Source of the DNA: an uncultured Acidobacteriota bacterium
Lineage (GTDB): Bacteria > Acidobacteriota > Polarisedimenticolia > JACPZX01
NCBI GenBank assembly: GCA_964568735.1
Contig: CAZMRF010000016.1
Location: 2,037-66,036 of the forward strand
Direction: 5' to 3'
Length of the DNA: 64,000 nt
Part shown: in pieces, positions 18,190-27,630 of the stretch
Numbering within the stretch: position 1 is the first letter of the stretch
How the letters are laid out: each line of letters opens with the position of its first letter
Translations under genes and position numbers: made by a program
Notes under the pieces: generated by a model
The model's database searches: none
What the model was told of the DNA's origin: nothing
What the model saw: only the letters and a program-made list of their open reading frames with translations

Positions 18190-18645
18190 ATGCGGAAGCA
18201 GGCCAGGGAGCGCGAGGTCTTCACGGGGTACCTGGGGACCCGGAACCGGCGGATGACCCGCGAGCGCCAGCTCATCCTCGACGCCGTGGGCTCGATGAAA
18301 GGCCACTTCAACGCGGATGGGCTCTACCTCGCCATCGCCTCGAGCGACGTCCCCGTCTCGCGCGCCACGGTCTACCGAACCCTGGACCACCTCGTCTCCA
18401 GCGGGCTCGTCCAGAAGATCTACCTCAGCGACCACACGCAGCGGAAGGCGCTCTACGAGCGGGTCCACGGGCGCGAGCACCACGAGCACATGCACTGCCT
18501 GAAGTGCGACCGGATCATCGAGTTCACCGACAATCCACTCGAGGAGCGGCAGGCCGAGGTCTGCCGCGAGATGGGATTCAAGCCGACGAGGCACTCGCTC
18601 CGGATCGAAGGGATCTGCTCCGCCTGCCAGAGGAGCGCCTCGTGA
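18190..18645 (+). CDS. fur: Fur-family transcriptional regulator
   Basis: RMTRER, VSRATVYRTL, HHEHMHCLKC, GICSAC. Confidence 0.9.
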   Translation: MRKQAREREVFTGYLGTRNRRMTRERQLILDAVGSMKGHFNADGLYLAIASSDVPVSRATVYRTLDHLVSSGLVQKIYLSDHTQRKALYERVHGREHHEHMHCLKCDRIIEFTDNPLEERQAEVCREMGFKPTRHSLRIEGICSACQRSAS

Positions 18646-20900
18646 GCGCCTCCACTCCGCTGATCCTCGTCGGAAACCCCAACGTGGGCAAGAGCGTCAT
18701 CTTCAGCCTGCTGACGGGCAAGTACGTGACCGTCTCCAACTACCCCGGCACGACGGTGGAGGTCACGCGGGGCCGGGCCCCCGGTGCCGACTCCATGGAG
18801 GTCATCGACACGCCGGGGGTGAACAGCCTCATGCCGCAGTCCGAGGATGAGCAGGTCACCCGGGACATCCTCCTCAAGGAGTCGACCGGGAGCGTGCTGC
18901 AAGTCGGGGATCAGAAGAACCTCGCGCGCACGCTCTTCATCTCGCTGCAGATCGCCGAGGCCGGACGCCGCTTCGTGGTCTGCCTCAACATGGGAGACGA
19001 AGCCGCCGACCGAGGCGTCACCGTGGACGCCCACGCGCTCTCCGCGGAGCTGGGAGTCGAGGTGGCCTGCACGACGGCCACCCGCCGTGAGGGAACCGGG
19101 CGGCTCCTCCCGCTCGCCCGCGAGGCGAGGGCCTCCAGCGTGAGCCTTCGCTACGATCCGCGCATCGAGGAGGCCGTCGCCCGTATCGAGCCCCTCCTCC
19201 CCGCTTGCGGGATCTCCTCGCGCTCCCTCGCCCTGATGGCGCTCGCCGGAGACACCACCCTCGGCGAGTGGCTCAACGCTCAGCTCGGCGATGACACGAT
19301 CGCTTCGATCGAGGAGGCCCGGCACCGGCTCCAGCGCCAGCTCACCCGCTCCCCGGCCTGGGTCATCAACGAGCAGCGGCAGAAGGTCGCCGCCGCGATG
19401 GCTCGCCGCGTAACCACCGAGAAGGAGGCCAGGTCCGGGAAGCTCGCCGCGGCGCTCGGAGCGGCAGCGGTCCACCCCTTCTGGGGAGTGCCCGTCATGC
19501 TGCTGGTCCTCTGGGCGATGTTCGTCTTCGTCGGCCAGTTCGGCGCCGGGACGGCCGTGGACCTGATGGAGACCGAGCTCTTCGGAAAGCAGCTCGCGAC
19601 CCTTCGAGTGCAGATTGACGGCGCGGGCGAGGTCACCCCAGGGCCGGAGCCGCAGTCCTGGAACCAGCGCCTGAGGCCCCTGGCCGGCAGGATCGACCCG
19701 CAGGACGGAACGCTCCTCGTCCTCTTCGAGGAGCGCGCGAAATCGGGGCAGCTCTGGCAGCCCGTCACGGGGAGGAAGCTCCAAGCGCTCGCCGGCAGCC
19801 CACCGCGCCTCCTCTCGCCCCCGCCGGTGGAGACGGCCGAGCCGGGCATCTTCAAGGTTTCGGCCCCGCGCGGAGAGGGGACGGTCGAGCTGCAGGCCTG
19901 GAGCGGGATCCTGAACCCGGCCCTCCAGGGGCTGCTTCGCGCATGGCTCCCCTGGGAAACGGCCGCTGATTTCCTCGTCGGCCGGTACGGGCTCGTGACG
20001 ATGGGCCTCACCTACGCCATCGCCATCGTCTTCCCCATCATCGTGACCTTCTTCCTCGCCTTCGCCCTGCTCGAGGATTCGGGCTACCTCCCGCGCCTCG
20101 CGGCCATGCTTAACCGGATCTTCCGCGTCATGGGGCTGAACGGAAAGGCGGTCCTCCCGATGGTCCTCGGCCTCGGGTGCGACACGATGGCCACGCTGAC
20201 CACCCGGATCCTCGACTCGCGCAAGGAGCGGATGATCGCGATCCTCCTGCTGGCGCTCGGCGTCCCCTGCTCGGCCCAGCTCGGCGTCACCCTCGGCCTC
20301 CTCGCGGGGCTGTCGTGGATGGCGGCCGCCATCTGGGTCGGAGTCGTGATCGGGGTCCTGCTCCTCGTGGGCTTCCTCGCCTCGCGGATCATCAAGGGCA
20401 CTGCTTCTCCCTTCATCCTGGAGCTTCCACCCCTCCGCGTGCCGAGCGCGGGCAACATCGCCTCGAAGACCATGGCCCGCACCGAGTGGTACCTCAAGGA
20501 GGCCGTCCCGCTCTTCCTCATCGGCACGGCGCTCCTCTTCGTGGCGCACCTGACCGGAGGCCTCGCCGTCCTGGAGCGTCTCTTCGAGCCGATCGTGACG
20601 GGGATCCTCGGCCTCCCCGCGAGCGCCTCCGAGGCTCTCATCGTCGGCTTCCTCAGGCGCGACTTCGGCGCGGCCGGCCTCTTCCGCCTCGCCGACGAGG
20701 GGATGCTCAGCCCCGTCCAGATCGTCGTGGCGCTCGTGACGATCACGCTCTTCATCCCGTGCATCGCGAACCTCCTGATGATCATCAAGGAGCAGGGAGC
20801 GCGCGTGGGCGCCCTCGTCGCGGCCTTCGTCTTCCCCTTCGCCATCGCGGTGGGCGGCATCCTGAACTTCATCCTTACGAAGGCGGGGGTGACCCTGTGA
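18642..20900 (+). CDS. feoB: Ferrous iron transporter B
   Basis: G1 GNPNVGKS, NYPGTTVE, DTPG, LEDSGYLPR, GLGC, PCSAQ, FILELPP, FIPCIA; GTG overlaps the fur stop. Confidence 0.95.
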   Translation: MSASTPLILVGNPNVGKSVIFSLLTGKYVTVSNYPGTTVEVTRGRAPGADSMEVIDTPGVNSLMPQSEDEQVTRDILLKESTGSVLQVGDQKNLARTLFISLQIAEAGRRFVVCLNMGDEAADRGVTVDAHALSAELGVEVACTTATRREGTGRLLPLAREARASSVSLRYDPRIEEAVARIEPLLPACGISSRSLALMALAGDTTLGEWLNAQLGDDTIASIEEARHRLQRQLTRSPAWVINEQRQKVAAAMARRVTTEKEARSGKLAAALGAAAVHPFWGVPVMLLVLWAMFVFVGQFGAGTAVDLMETELFGKQLATLRVQIDGAGEVTPGPEPQSWNQRLRPLAGRIDPQDGTLLVLFEERAKSGQLWQPVTGRKLQALAGSPPRLLSPPPVETAEPGIFKVSAPRGEGTVELQAWSGILNPALQGLLRAWLPWETAADFLVGRYGLVTMGLTYAIAIVFPIIVTFFLAFALLEDSGYLPRLAAMLNRIFRVMGLNGKAVLPMVLGLGCDTMATLTTRILDSRKERMIAILLLALGVPCSAQLGVTLGLLAGLSWMAAAIWVGVVIGVLLLVGFLASRIIKGTASPFILELPPLRVPSAGNIASKTMARTEWYLKEAVPLFLIGTALLFVAHLTGGLAVLERLFEPIVTGILGLPASASEALIVGFLRRDFGAAGLFRLADEGMLSPVQIVVALVTITLFIPCIANLLMIIKEQGARVGALVAAFVFPFAIAVGGILNFILTKAGVTL

Positions 20901-21148
20901 GCACCCCGCTCCAGATGCATTCGGCCGGGCCCCTCCACCGGTGTCCCCTCTGCGGGCACGGCTTCGACAGGGGCGTGGAGAAGTGCGGAGGCTGCCCGAT
21001 GCACGGCGGCTGCGGCACGCTGTGCTGCCCGGGCTGCGGCTACAGCTACGCCGAGCGCTCGGCCACGCTCGACGGCATCGGGCGCGTCGCGCGGGCCCTG
21101 CGGCGCCTCTTCGCCCCGGGCCGGGACGGCCGCGGGGAGGCCGCATGA
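20897..21148 (+). CDS. Small Cys-rich protein (putative Fe/Zn/Fe-S binding)
   Basis: CPLC...CGGCP...C...CCPGCGY; translationally coupled to feoB and to the next gene. Confidence 0.75.
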   Translation: MSTPLQMHSAGPLHRCPLCGHGFDRGVEKCGGCPMHGGCGTLCCPGCGYSYAERSATLDGIGRVARALRRLFAPGRDGRGEAA

Positions 21149-21855
21149 TCCCCAGGGAGCGGGAGCAGCTCGAGGAGCTGGCCGAGGAGATCTGGGCGCT
21201 GATGGAGATCGGCGAGAACCACTACGAGCGCGTGACGAAGGGCTCGAAGCTCGAGGAGCCCATCCTCGTGCTCGACTCGATGCGCCGCGACGGGCTGGCC
21301 TCCATCGAAGGAGCCTCCGTCGTGCTCACGGGGCGCGGCGAGGAGATCGGGCGCGCCGTCATCCGGCGCCACCGGCTGGCCGAGATCCTCTTCACCCAGG
21401 TCCTCGCCGTGCAGGAGGAGCAATCGGACTCGGCCGCCTGCGAGCTGGAGCACATCCTCTCCCCGGAGGTCACGGACTCGGTCTGCAGCTTCCTGGGTCA
21501 CCCGCCCTGCTGCCCCCACGGCAAGCCCATCCCGAAGGGGGACTGCTGCCGGATCTTCACCCGCCAGGTCGCCCCGCTGGTCCTTCCGCTGACGGAGCTG
21601 GGCGTGGGGGAGCGCTGCCGGATCGTCTTCATGGCGCCCGGCGGCCACGGCAGCCTCGAGCGGATCGCGGCGATGGGGATCCTCCCGGGAGCCGAGGTGA
21701 GGCTGCGGCAGAAGCGCCCGTCGATGATCCTCGAGGTGGGCCACACGACGCTCGCCATCGACTCCGAGATCGCCACGGCCATCTTCGTCAAGAGCCTCCC
21801 GGCCGGAAAAACGGCGGCGGGTCTCTCCCCCCGCGCGGCGGGCAGCACGGCCTGA
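21145..21855 (+). CDS. DtxR/MntR-family metal-dependent regulator with C-terminal FeoA domain
   Basis: IRRHRLAEILF, ACELEH, CPHGKPIP; FeoA-like LERIAAMGILPGAEV. Confidence 0.9.
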   Translation: MIPREREQLEELAEEIWALMEIGENHYERVTKGSKLEEPILVLDSMRRDGLASIEGASVVLTGRGEEIGRAVIRRHRLAEILFTQVLAVQEEQSDSAACELEHILSPEVTDSVCSFLGHPPCCPHGKPIPKGDCCRIFTRQVAPLVLPLTELGVGERCRIVFMAPGGHGSLERIAAMGILPGAEVRLRQKRPSMILEVGHTTLAIDSEIATAIFVKSLPAGKTAAGLSPRAAGSTA

Positions 21856-21857
21856 CG

Positions 21858-22922
21858 ATGCGGCGCTTTACCCCCTCCACGCTGGCGATTGGGCTCGCGG
21901 CTTCCTCGGCCCTCCTGTTCGCCCATTCCGCGGCGCGCGCGGGCGAGGTGGCCGAGCGGGCCCGGTACCTCATGGGATCGCCCTGCCGGATCGTCGCCTC
22001 GCATCCTGAGCCGGGGAGGGCGGCGGTACTCATCGAGAGCGCCTTCTCCGAGATCGACCGGTGGAACTCCATCCTGAGCGACTGGGACGCCGGCAGCGAG
22101 CTCTCCCGGGTGAACGCCTCTGCGGCGCAGGCGCCCGTGGCCTGCTCGGAGGATCTCTTCGCCTGGCTCGAGCGTACGGTCGCGTTCGTCCGCGAGACGG
22201 AGGGGACCTTCGATCCCACAGCCGGGGCGCTCGTCGATCTCTACGCGATCCGCTCCGGCGGTCGCTGGCCCTCCGACTCGGAGATCGAAGCTGCCCGCGG
22301 GCGCGTCGGCTTCTCCCGCGTGGCCCTCGACCCTCGCGGCCGGACGGTCCGCTTCCTCTCCGCGGGGGTGCGGCTGGATCCGGGCGCCATCGGGAAAGGC
22401 ACCGCGCTCGACGCTGCGGGCCACGTGCTTCGGGAAGGAGGCGCCGACTGGGCCCTGCTCGACTTCGGGGGCCAGATTCTCGCCGTCGGGGCGGGCCCGT
22501 CCGGCGACGGCTTCCCCGTCGAGCTCCCCCTCTCGGGCCCCGGCCGCGGGCCGGAGGTGATCCGCCTCAGGGACGCCTCGGCCTCCACGAGCTCCAACTC
22601 CGAGCGCGGCGTCGAGGTCGAAGGCCGGCTCCTCGGCCACATCTTCGATCCGCGGACGCTCCTCCCCGTCGGATCCCGCGGCACGGTGACGGTCGTGGCC
22701 CCGACGGCCGAGCGCGCCGACGCGCTCGACACGGCTTTCTTCGTCATGGGAGCCGAGGAGGCCCTGAAAGCCGCGCTCCGCCTCGGGGTCGAAGCCCGCT
22801 TCGTCCCCGGGACGGACGACGAGGACGCGGCAGCTCACGCCACGCCGGGCTTCGCGCGTCTCCTCGAGCCAGCCTCCCCCGCCCCGCAGCTCGCAGCTCG
22901 CTCGGAGCCCCCCACAGACTGA
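21858..22922 (+). CDS. apbE: FAD:protein FMN transferase
   Basis: LMGS, SELSRVN, GTFDPT, LDPGAIGKG, DFGGQI, STSS, HIFDPRT, ADALDTA. Confidence 0.92.
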   Translation: MRRFTPSTLAIGLAASSALLFAHSAARAGEVAERARYLMGSPCRIVASHPEPGRAAVLIESAFSEIDRWNSILSDWDAGSELSRVNASAAQAPVACSEDLFAWLERTVAFVRETEGTFDPTAGALVDLYAIRSGGRWPSDSEIEAARGRVGFSRVALDPRGRTVRFLSAGVRLDPGAIGKGTALDAAGHVLREGGADWALLDFGGQILAVGAGPSGDGFPVELPLSGPGRGPEVIRLRDASASTSSNSERGVEVEGRLLGHIFDPRTLLPVGSRGTVTVVAPTAERADALDTAFFVMGAEEALKAALRLGVEARFVPGTDDEDAAAHATPGFARLLEPASPAPQLAARSEPPTD

Positions 22923-23116
22923 TCCATCACTGAATCCGCGAGACCGCGCCCGCGCACGGGAAGCCCCTCTCGATGAGGCACCACCTGGACGACCTGCCCG
23001 CTACTCAGGAGCTCGACCACATGCGACCGCCCATTGACGATAGAAACGACTCGAACAGGTACCTGTTCATCCGACCCCCAGGCGAAGGCTCCCCCGGCAT
23101 CGCCGCGCTCGAGCCG

Positions 23117-24649
23117 ATGAAGCATCCCACCCGCGTCACGATTGACAGCCCGCACGTCGAGTCCCCGCGACGGCGCGATTCACAGGGAGAGTCTCCGAGG
23201 CGGCTCTGGCACGCCGGCCCGATCGTGGTCCTCTCCATCCTGCTTGCATGGGGGATTGCGGCGGCACCCGCTCACGCCCAGGAGGTGTCCGATGCGGCGC
23301 GCGTCCGCGCGCTCGAGGAGCGCGTCGCGGCGCTCGAGGCGCGGATGGGCGAGCTGCTCGACGCCCTCCGGGCGGCGGAGGGCGGGGACGCGGCCGAGCT
23401 GCGCCGCCGGATCGATCTCCTGGCCGCAGAGCTGGAGAAGCTGAGGATGGGCGAGGCCGCCGCCGACCGGCCCCTCACCTCGGTCCACGGCCTCGGGCCC
23501 GCCGCGTCGCGCGTCTACGGCGTGACCCGGGGAGTCTCCATCGGCGGATACGGCGAGGCGCTCTACGAGGACTTCTCCGCCCGCAACGACGACGGCGATC
23601 CATCGGGGAAGACCGACCGGCTCGATTTCCTCCGGGCGGTCCTCTACTTCGGCTACAAGCTCAGCGACAGGATCGTCTTCAACTCGGAGCTGGAGTTCGA
23701 GCACGGCAGCACGGAGGAGGAGGGCTCGGTCTCGGTGGAGTTCGCCTACCTGGACTTCCTCATGTCCCCCGCCTTCAACGTCAGGGCGGGGATGGTCCTC
23801 GTGCCATCGGGCTTCGTCAACGAGCTTCACGAGCCGCCGATCTACCTCGGCGCCCGCCGCCCCGAGGTCGATCGCAGGATCATCCCGACGACCTGGCGCG
23901 AGAACGGGATCGGGCTCTTCGGCGATGCCGGCCCCTTCAGCTACCGCGGCTACATCCTCGCGGGCTTCGACAGCGAAGGCTTCGACGCGTCCACCGCGCT
24001 GCGCGAGGGACGCCAGGCCGGCTCCGAGTCCGACGCCGAGGATCTCGCCATCGCGGCTCGCGTGGACTACACCGGGGTGCCGGGGCTCCTGGTCGGTGGC
24101 TTCTACTACCAGGGTGGCTCCGACCAGGGACGCGAGACTCCCACGGCGCTCGACCCCAACGGGTTCGCGACCGCGACGGCCCCCCTCGACGCGACCGTGA
24201 GCCTCTACGACTTCCACGCCGAGTACCGCGCCCGCGGTGTGGATCTGCGCGCCGTCTACGCAGCCGGCTCCGTCGATGACGCCGCCGCCGTCAACGAGGC
24301 CAACGGGCTCGACGGTGGCGACTCCGTGGGAGAGGATTTCCGGGGCTGGTACGCCCAGGCCGGATACGACCTCCTCTCGCACCGCTCCGAGGCTACGGAG
24401 CAGGCGCTGATCCCCTACGTCCGCTTCGAGAGCATGGATACGCAGTCCAGCGTGCCGGGCGACGCGCCGCTGAACCCCGCTGCCAGCCCCTTCGCCTCGA
24501 ACCCGGCCAATGACCTGACGGTCCTGACCTATGGAGTGGCCTGGAAGCCGATCTTCAACGTCTCCATCAAGCTCGACTACTCGGACTTCAAGAACGACGC
24601 CGACACCGGCGTCGATCAGCTCTCCCTGGCGCTCGGGTACCTGTTCTGA
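23117..24649 (+). CDS. Outer-membrane porin-like beta-barrel with N-terminal coiled coil
   Basis: Signal peptide ending AHA-Q; SIGGYGE, FNSELEFEH, VEFAYLD, NELHEP, IIPTTWRE; C-terminal LGYLF. Start is uncertain (ORF from 22973). Confidence 0.8.
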   Translation: MKHPTRVTIDSPHVESPRRRDSQGESPRRLWHAGPIVVLSILLAWGIAAAPAHAQEVSDAARVRALEERVAALEARMGELLDALRAAEGGDAAELRRRIDLLAAELEKLRMGEAAADRPLTSVHGLGPAASRVYGVTRGVSIGGYGEALYEDFSARNDDGDPSGKTDRLDFLRAVLYFGYKLSDRIVFNSELEFEHGSTEEEGSVSVEFAYLDFLMSPAFNVRAGMVLVPSGFVNELHEPPIYLGARRPEVDRRIIPTTWRENGIGLFGDAGPFSYRGYILAGFDSEGFDASTALREGRQAGSESDAEDLAIAARVDYTGVPGLLVGGFYYQGGSDQGRETPTALDPNGFATATAPLDATVSLYDFHAEYRARGVDLRAVYAAGSVDDAAAVNEANGLDGGDSVGEDFRGWYAQAGYDLLSHRSEATEQALIPYVRFESMDTQSSVPGDAPLNPAASPFASNPANDLTVLTYGVAWKPIFNVSIKLDYSDFKNDADTGVDQLSLALGYLF

Positions 24650-24662
24650 GGGAAATGGCGCC

Positions 24663-25283
24663 ATGCGAAACCGACCGGCACGCTTGACCATCCTTCTGAT
24701 CGTGACGGCCCTGAGCTGCTCCGTGGCGATTGAGGCCAAGGTCTTCCTCACGCAGGAGGAGGCCCTTGCCCTGGCCTTTGGCGAGGCCTCCCGCGCGGAG
24801 AGGAAGACGGCCTTCCTGACGGACGAGCAGGTGCAGCGGATCAAGGCGCTCGCGGGAAGCGAGCCGGCCAGCCGCGTGGTCGTCTACTACTGGGGCGCCT
24901 CGCAGGCCGGTGCCCCGATAACGGCTTTCTTCGACACGCACATGGTCCGGACGCTCCCCGAGACGGTGATGGTCGTGGTGGGTGGTGACTCCCGGATCGT
25001 GCGGGTGGACATCCTCTCCTTCGACGAGCCCGAGGACTACCTCCCGCGCTCGCGCTGGCTCGAGCAGTTCGAGGGGCGGGTGCTCGATGAGGATCTCTCG
25101 ACCCGCCGGGCGATCCGGGCCGTGACAGGCGCCACGATGTCCTCGAGAGCCGTCACGGAGACCGTCAGGCGGGCCCTTGCGCTGCACCAGGTGCTCCGCG
25201 AAGAGACCACCGGAGGCGGCTCCGGTGAGAAGCCACCGAGCGAATCGGGGGCATCACACAGGAGCGGAGGCGATCAGCCGTGA
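24663..25283 (+). CDS. FMN-binding (flavinylated) periplasmic protein
   Basis: Signal peptide; flavinylation motif VTGATMSS; FDEPEDY. Confidence 0.85.
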   Translation: MRNRPARLTILLIVTALSCSVAIEAKVFLTQEEALALAFGEASRAERKTAFLTDEQVQRIKALAGSEPASRVVVYYWGASQAGAPITAFFDTHMVRTLPETVMVVVGGDSRIVRVDILSFDEPEDYLPRSRWLEQFEGRVLDEDLSTRRAIRAVTGATMSSRAVTETVRRALALHQVLREETTGGGSGEKPPSESGASHRSGGDQP

Positions 25284-25837
25284 CGCGCCTCGAGAAGATC
25301 TTCTTGCACGGCGGGACGCTGGCCACCGGAGTCACGGGCCTCGCCTACGCGGCCTTCAAGCACTTGATGACGAGCGACGACCCCTTCACCGCCTACAACC
25401 ACCCGCTCCAGCCCTGGATGCTCACTCTCCACGTCCTGGGTGCGCCGGTTCTCGTCTTCGGCGTGGGGATCATCTTCAAGGACCACGTCCTGGGGAAGAT
25501 GAAGAATGGCGCGCCCCCCGCCGCGCGGCGCGGAGGACTCTGGACGCTGGCTCTCGTCGTCCCGCTAATCCTGACCGGCTACCTCGTCCAGGTGCTCGCT
25601 TCGGGAGACTTCCGGAACCTGTCGTCCTGGATCCACCTCGGCCTCGGCATCGCCTTCCTCGTCTTCTACGGGATCCACCTGGCCGGGGCCATCAAGCTGA
25701 AGGCGGAGAAGGAGCGCCGCGGGAAAGCACTCCCACTGCAACGCCCCGGTGATGCCCCCGTCGCGCTCCGTGGAAGCTCCGCGGCCCTCGTCCGGGGGCG
25801 GGCGGCTCTCCGGGCTGGTAGAATCGCGGCACCATGA
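25280..25837 (+). CDS. Four-TM His-rich membrane protein, cytochrome b-like
   Basis: Four hydrophobic segments with His in LHVLGAP, KDHV, WIHLGLG and GIHL; coupled to the FMN-binding gene. Confidence 0.6.
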   Translation: MTRLEKIFLHGGTLATGVTGLAYAAFKHLMTSDDPFTAYNHPLQPWMLTLHVLGAPVLVFGVGIIFKDHVLGKMKNGAPPAARRGGLWTLALVVPLILTGYLVQVLASGDFRNLSSWIHLGLGIAFLVFYGIHLAGAIKLKAEKERRGKALPLQRPGDAPVALRGSSAALVRGRAALRAGRIAAP

Positions 25838-26289
25838 CCACGATCCGGGCGAGCTGGGACACCTACTTCATGAACATGGCCCGCCAGGCCTCCACGCGCT
25901 CCACCTGCGCCCGCAAGAACGTGGGCGCCGTGATCGTCCGCGAGCGCACGATCCTCTCGACCGGCTACAACGGCTCGATCCGGGGAATGCCCCACTGCGA
26001 CGAGGTGGGGCACGAGATGGAGGCGGGCCACTGCGTCGCCACGATCCACGCCGAGGCGAACGCGATCATCCAGGCCGCCCGCAACGGGGTGAACATCAGC
26101 GGCGCGGAGATGTACACGACGGCCAGCCCCTGCTGGAACTGCTTCAAGCTCATCGCGAACGCCGGGATCCAGCGGATCTGCTACGGGGAGTTCTATCGCG
26201 ACGAGCGATCCCTGAAGATTGCCGGGAGGATCGGGATCCAGCTCGTGGACCTCAGCGCGGCCGAGGAGACGGCGCCCGCGTCGTCCTGA
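25834..26289 (+). CDS. dCMP deaminase (ComEB-like)
   Basis: RSTC, VGAVIV, TGYNG, HAEANA, SPCWNC. Confidence 0.9.
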   Translation: MTTIRASWDTYFMNMARQASTRSTCARKNVGAVIVRERTILSTGYNGSIRGMPHCDEVGHEMEAGHCVATIHAEANAIIQAARNGVNISGAEMYTTASPCWNCFKLIANAGIQRICYGEFYRDERSLKIAGRIGIQLVDLSAAEETAPASS

Positions 26290-26296
26290 TTCAGCC

Positions 26297-27418
26297 TCAC
26301 TCCGGCGAGGGCTCAGGTGGCGCCGCTTCCGAGGGTTGCGCCTCCCCTTCCTGCGCGTTGCCGGGCAGGCTGGCGCTGAAGGGACTCAACCTGCCGAAGG
26401 GGAACATGTCGGCCATCGCCGAGTGGGCGAGATCCACGAGGGCCGCCTGGGGGAAGGTGGTCGATGCTCGCACGACCGTGCCGTCCACCTGCACTTCGAA
26501 CCCGCTGAGCAGGCGTGAAGCCTCGACGCCCGTCTGCTTGAGGGCCAGCTTTCCCATCGCTCCGGCGCCTTCGAGGATGTCCCCGATAAGGAGAGCCTCC
26601 TCTTCGTTCCGGGCGACGGCATCGGCCGCCACGAGGATCGTCTCACCCGTCGTGACGAAGAAGGCGATGTCCTCGATCGACTTGAAGGCGGCGAGCTCTT
26701 TCCGCTCCTCGGCCATCTTCTGGAGGAAACCCGCGAGCGATCCGGCGAGCTGGCGCCCTCGCGCAAGCCCCCAGATCGCCGCGTTCCTGTCCACCCGGGA
26801 GAGGATCCGCGCCGCGGTCGCGTCGCCCGTGAGCCCCGGCGAGCCTCCCTGGCGCGCCTCCCCCATGCTGCGCAGCGTCTCGCCGTCGCCGAAGGCCGCC
26901 GTCTGGTCGTCGAGAACGGCCACGCAGAGCCTGCATCGATCCTGGACGATGACCACCTGGAAGATGTCGAGCCCGAAGTGCGTCTCGTAGGGGAGCCCGC
27001 TGTCCTTCAAGAAGTCGTAGACCTTCTTGCCGTCGAAGGAGCCGCGAACGAGGGCCGAGAGCTGATCGATCGCCATGCCCTCCTCGCCCTTGCCCCTTCC
27101 CACGAAGGTGAGCCACTCGACGTCTCGCGCGGGATCCAGGCCGGTCGCCGTCGCGAACTGGAAGAAGTTGAGCCGGTTGAGACCGACCGCGCCCCCCTGT
27201 TCCTTCAACTCCCGGTAGAGGTCGGTGGAGGCGAGCGTCTTGAGGTTCATGGCGAGCACGAAGGCGGTGTCGGGAGGGATGTACTCGGCTCCGGCGGGAA
27301 GCCCGGCGGCGATGCCGCAGCCCGGGATGGCGAGAGGGAGGAGCGCGATTGCCGCCATCGCCGCACAGAGGGATCGACCAGGAGCCAATTTCACCTCCGC
27401 TGGAACGGGCGGACCCAC
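26297..27418 (-). CDS. Hypothetical exported protein (possible lipoprotein)
   Basis: 373-aa ORF with normal composition and a signal-like ALLPLAIPGC; start uncertain. Confidence 0.65.
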   Translation of the reverse strand: MGPPVPAEVKLAPGRSLCAAMAAIALLPLAIPGCGIAAGLPAGAEYIPPDTAFVLAMNLKTLASTDLYRELKEQGGAVGLNRLNFFQFATATGLDPARDVEWLTFVGRGKGEEGMAIDQLSALVRGSFDGKKVYDFLKDSGLPYETHFGLDIFQVVIVQDRCRLCVAVLDDQTAAFGDGETLRSMGEARQGGSPGLTGDATAARILSRVDRNAAIWGLARGRQLAGSLAGFLQKMAEERKELAAFKSIEDIAFFVTTGETILVAADAVARNEEEALLIGDILEGAGAMGKLALKQTGVEASRLLSGFEVQVDGTVVRASTTFPQAALVDLAHSAMADMFPFGRLSPFSASLPGNAQEGEAQPSEAAPPEPSPE

Positions 27419-27630
27419 GGGAGGGTTCCGGCCGGGCGCGCGATGTTAGCATCGCGCGCCGCGATCACGGACCTGGCAGCGGCGACCGGCTCACGCATTA
27501 CAACGCCGTAACCCCTCATGGGGTCTGTACGTTGCGACCCTCCAGACCCGGTGCTAAAGTCGGCCCCGAAGAACACTCCGACGCCAGAAACCCCTCACCC
27601 GCCGACTCAACCCGGACCCTTACGGACTGA

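Noticed and set aside
18453-21146. 897-aa antisense ORF and similar long shadow ORFs (e.g. 1252-2652, 23180-24844, 49635-51965, 60096-61787)
   Set aside because: They lie opposite well-supported genes, lack motifs, and are expected by-products of high-GC codon usage.
25834-26289. dCMP deaminase as an anti-phage dCTP deaminase
   Set aside because: It is a short stand-alone ComEB-type enzyme without the kinase-like domain or a defence-island context.
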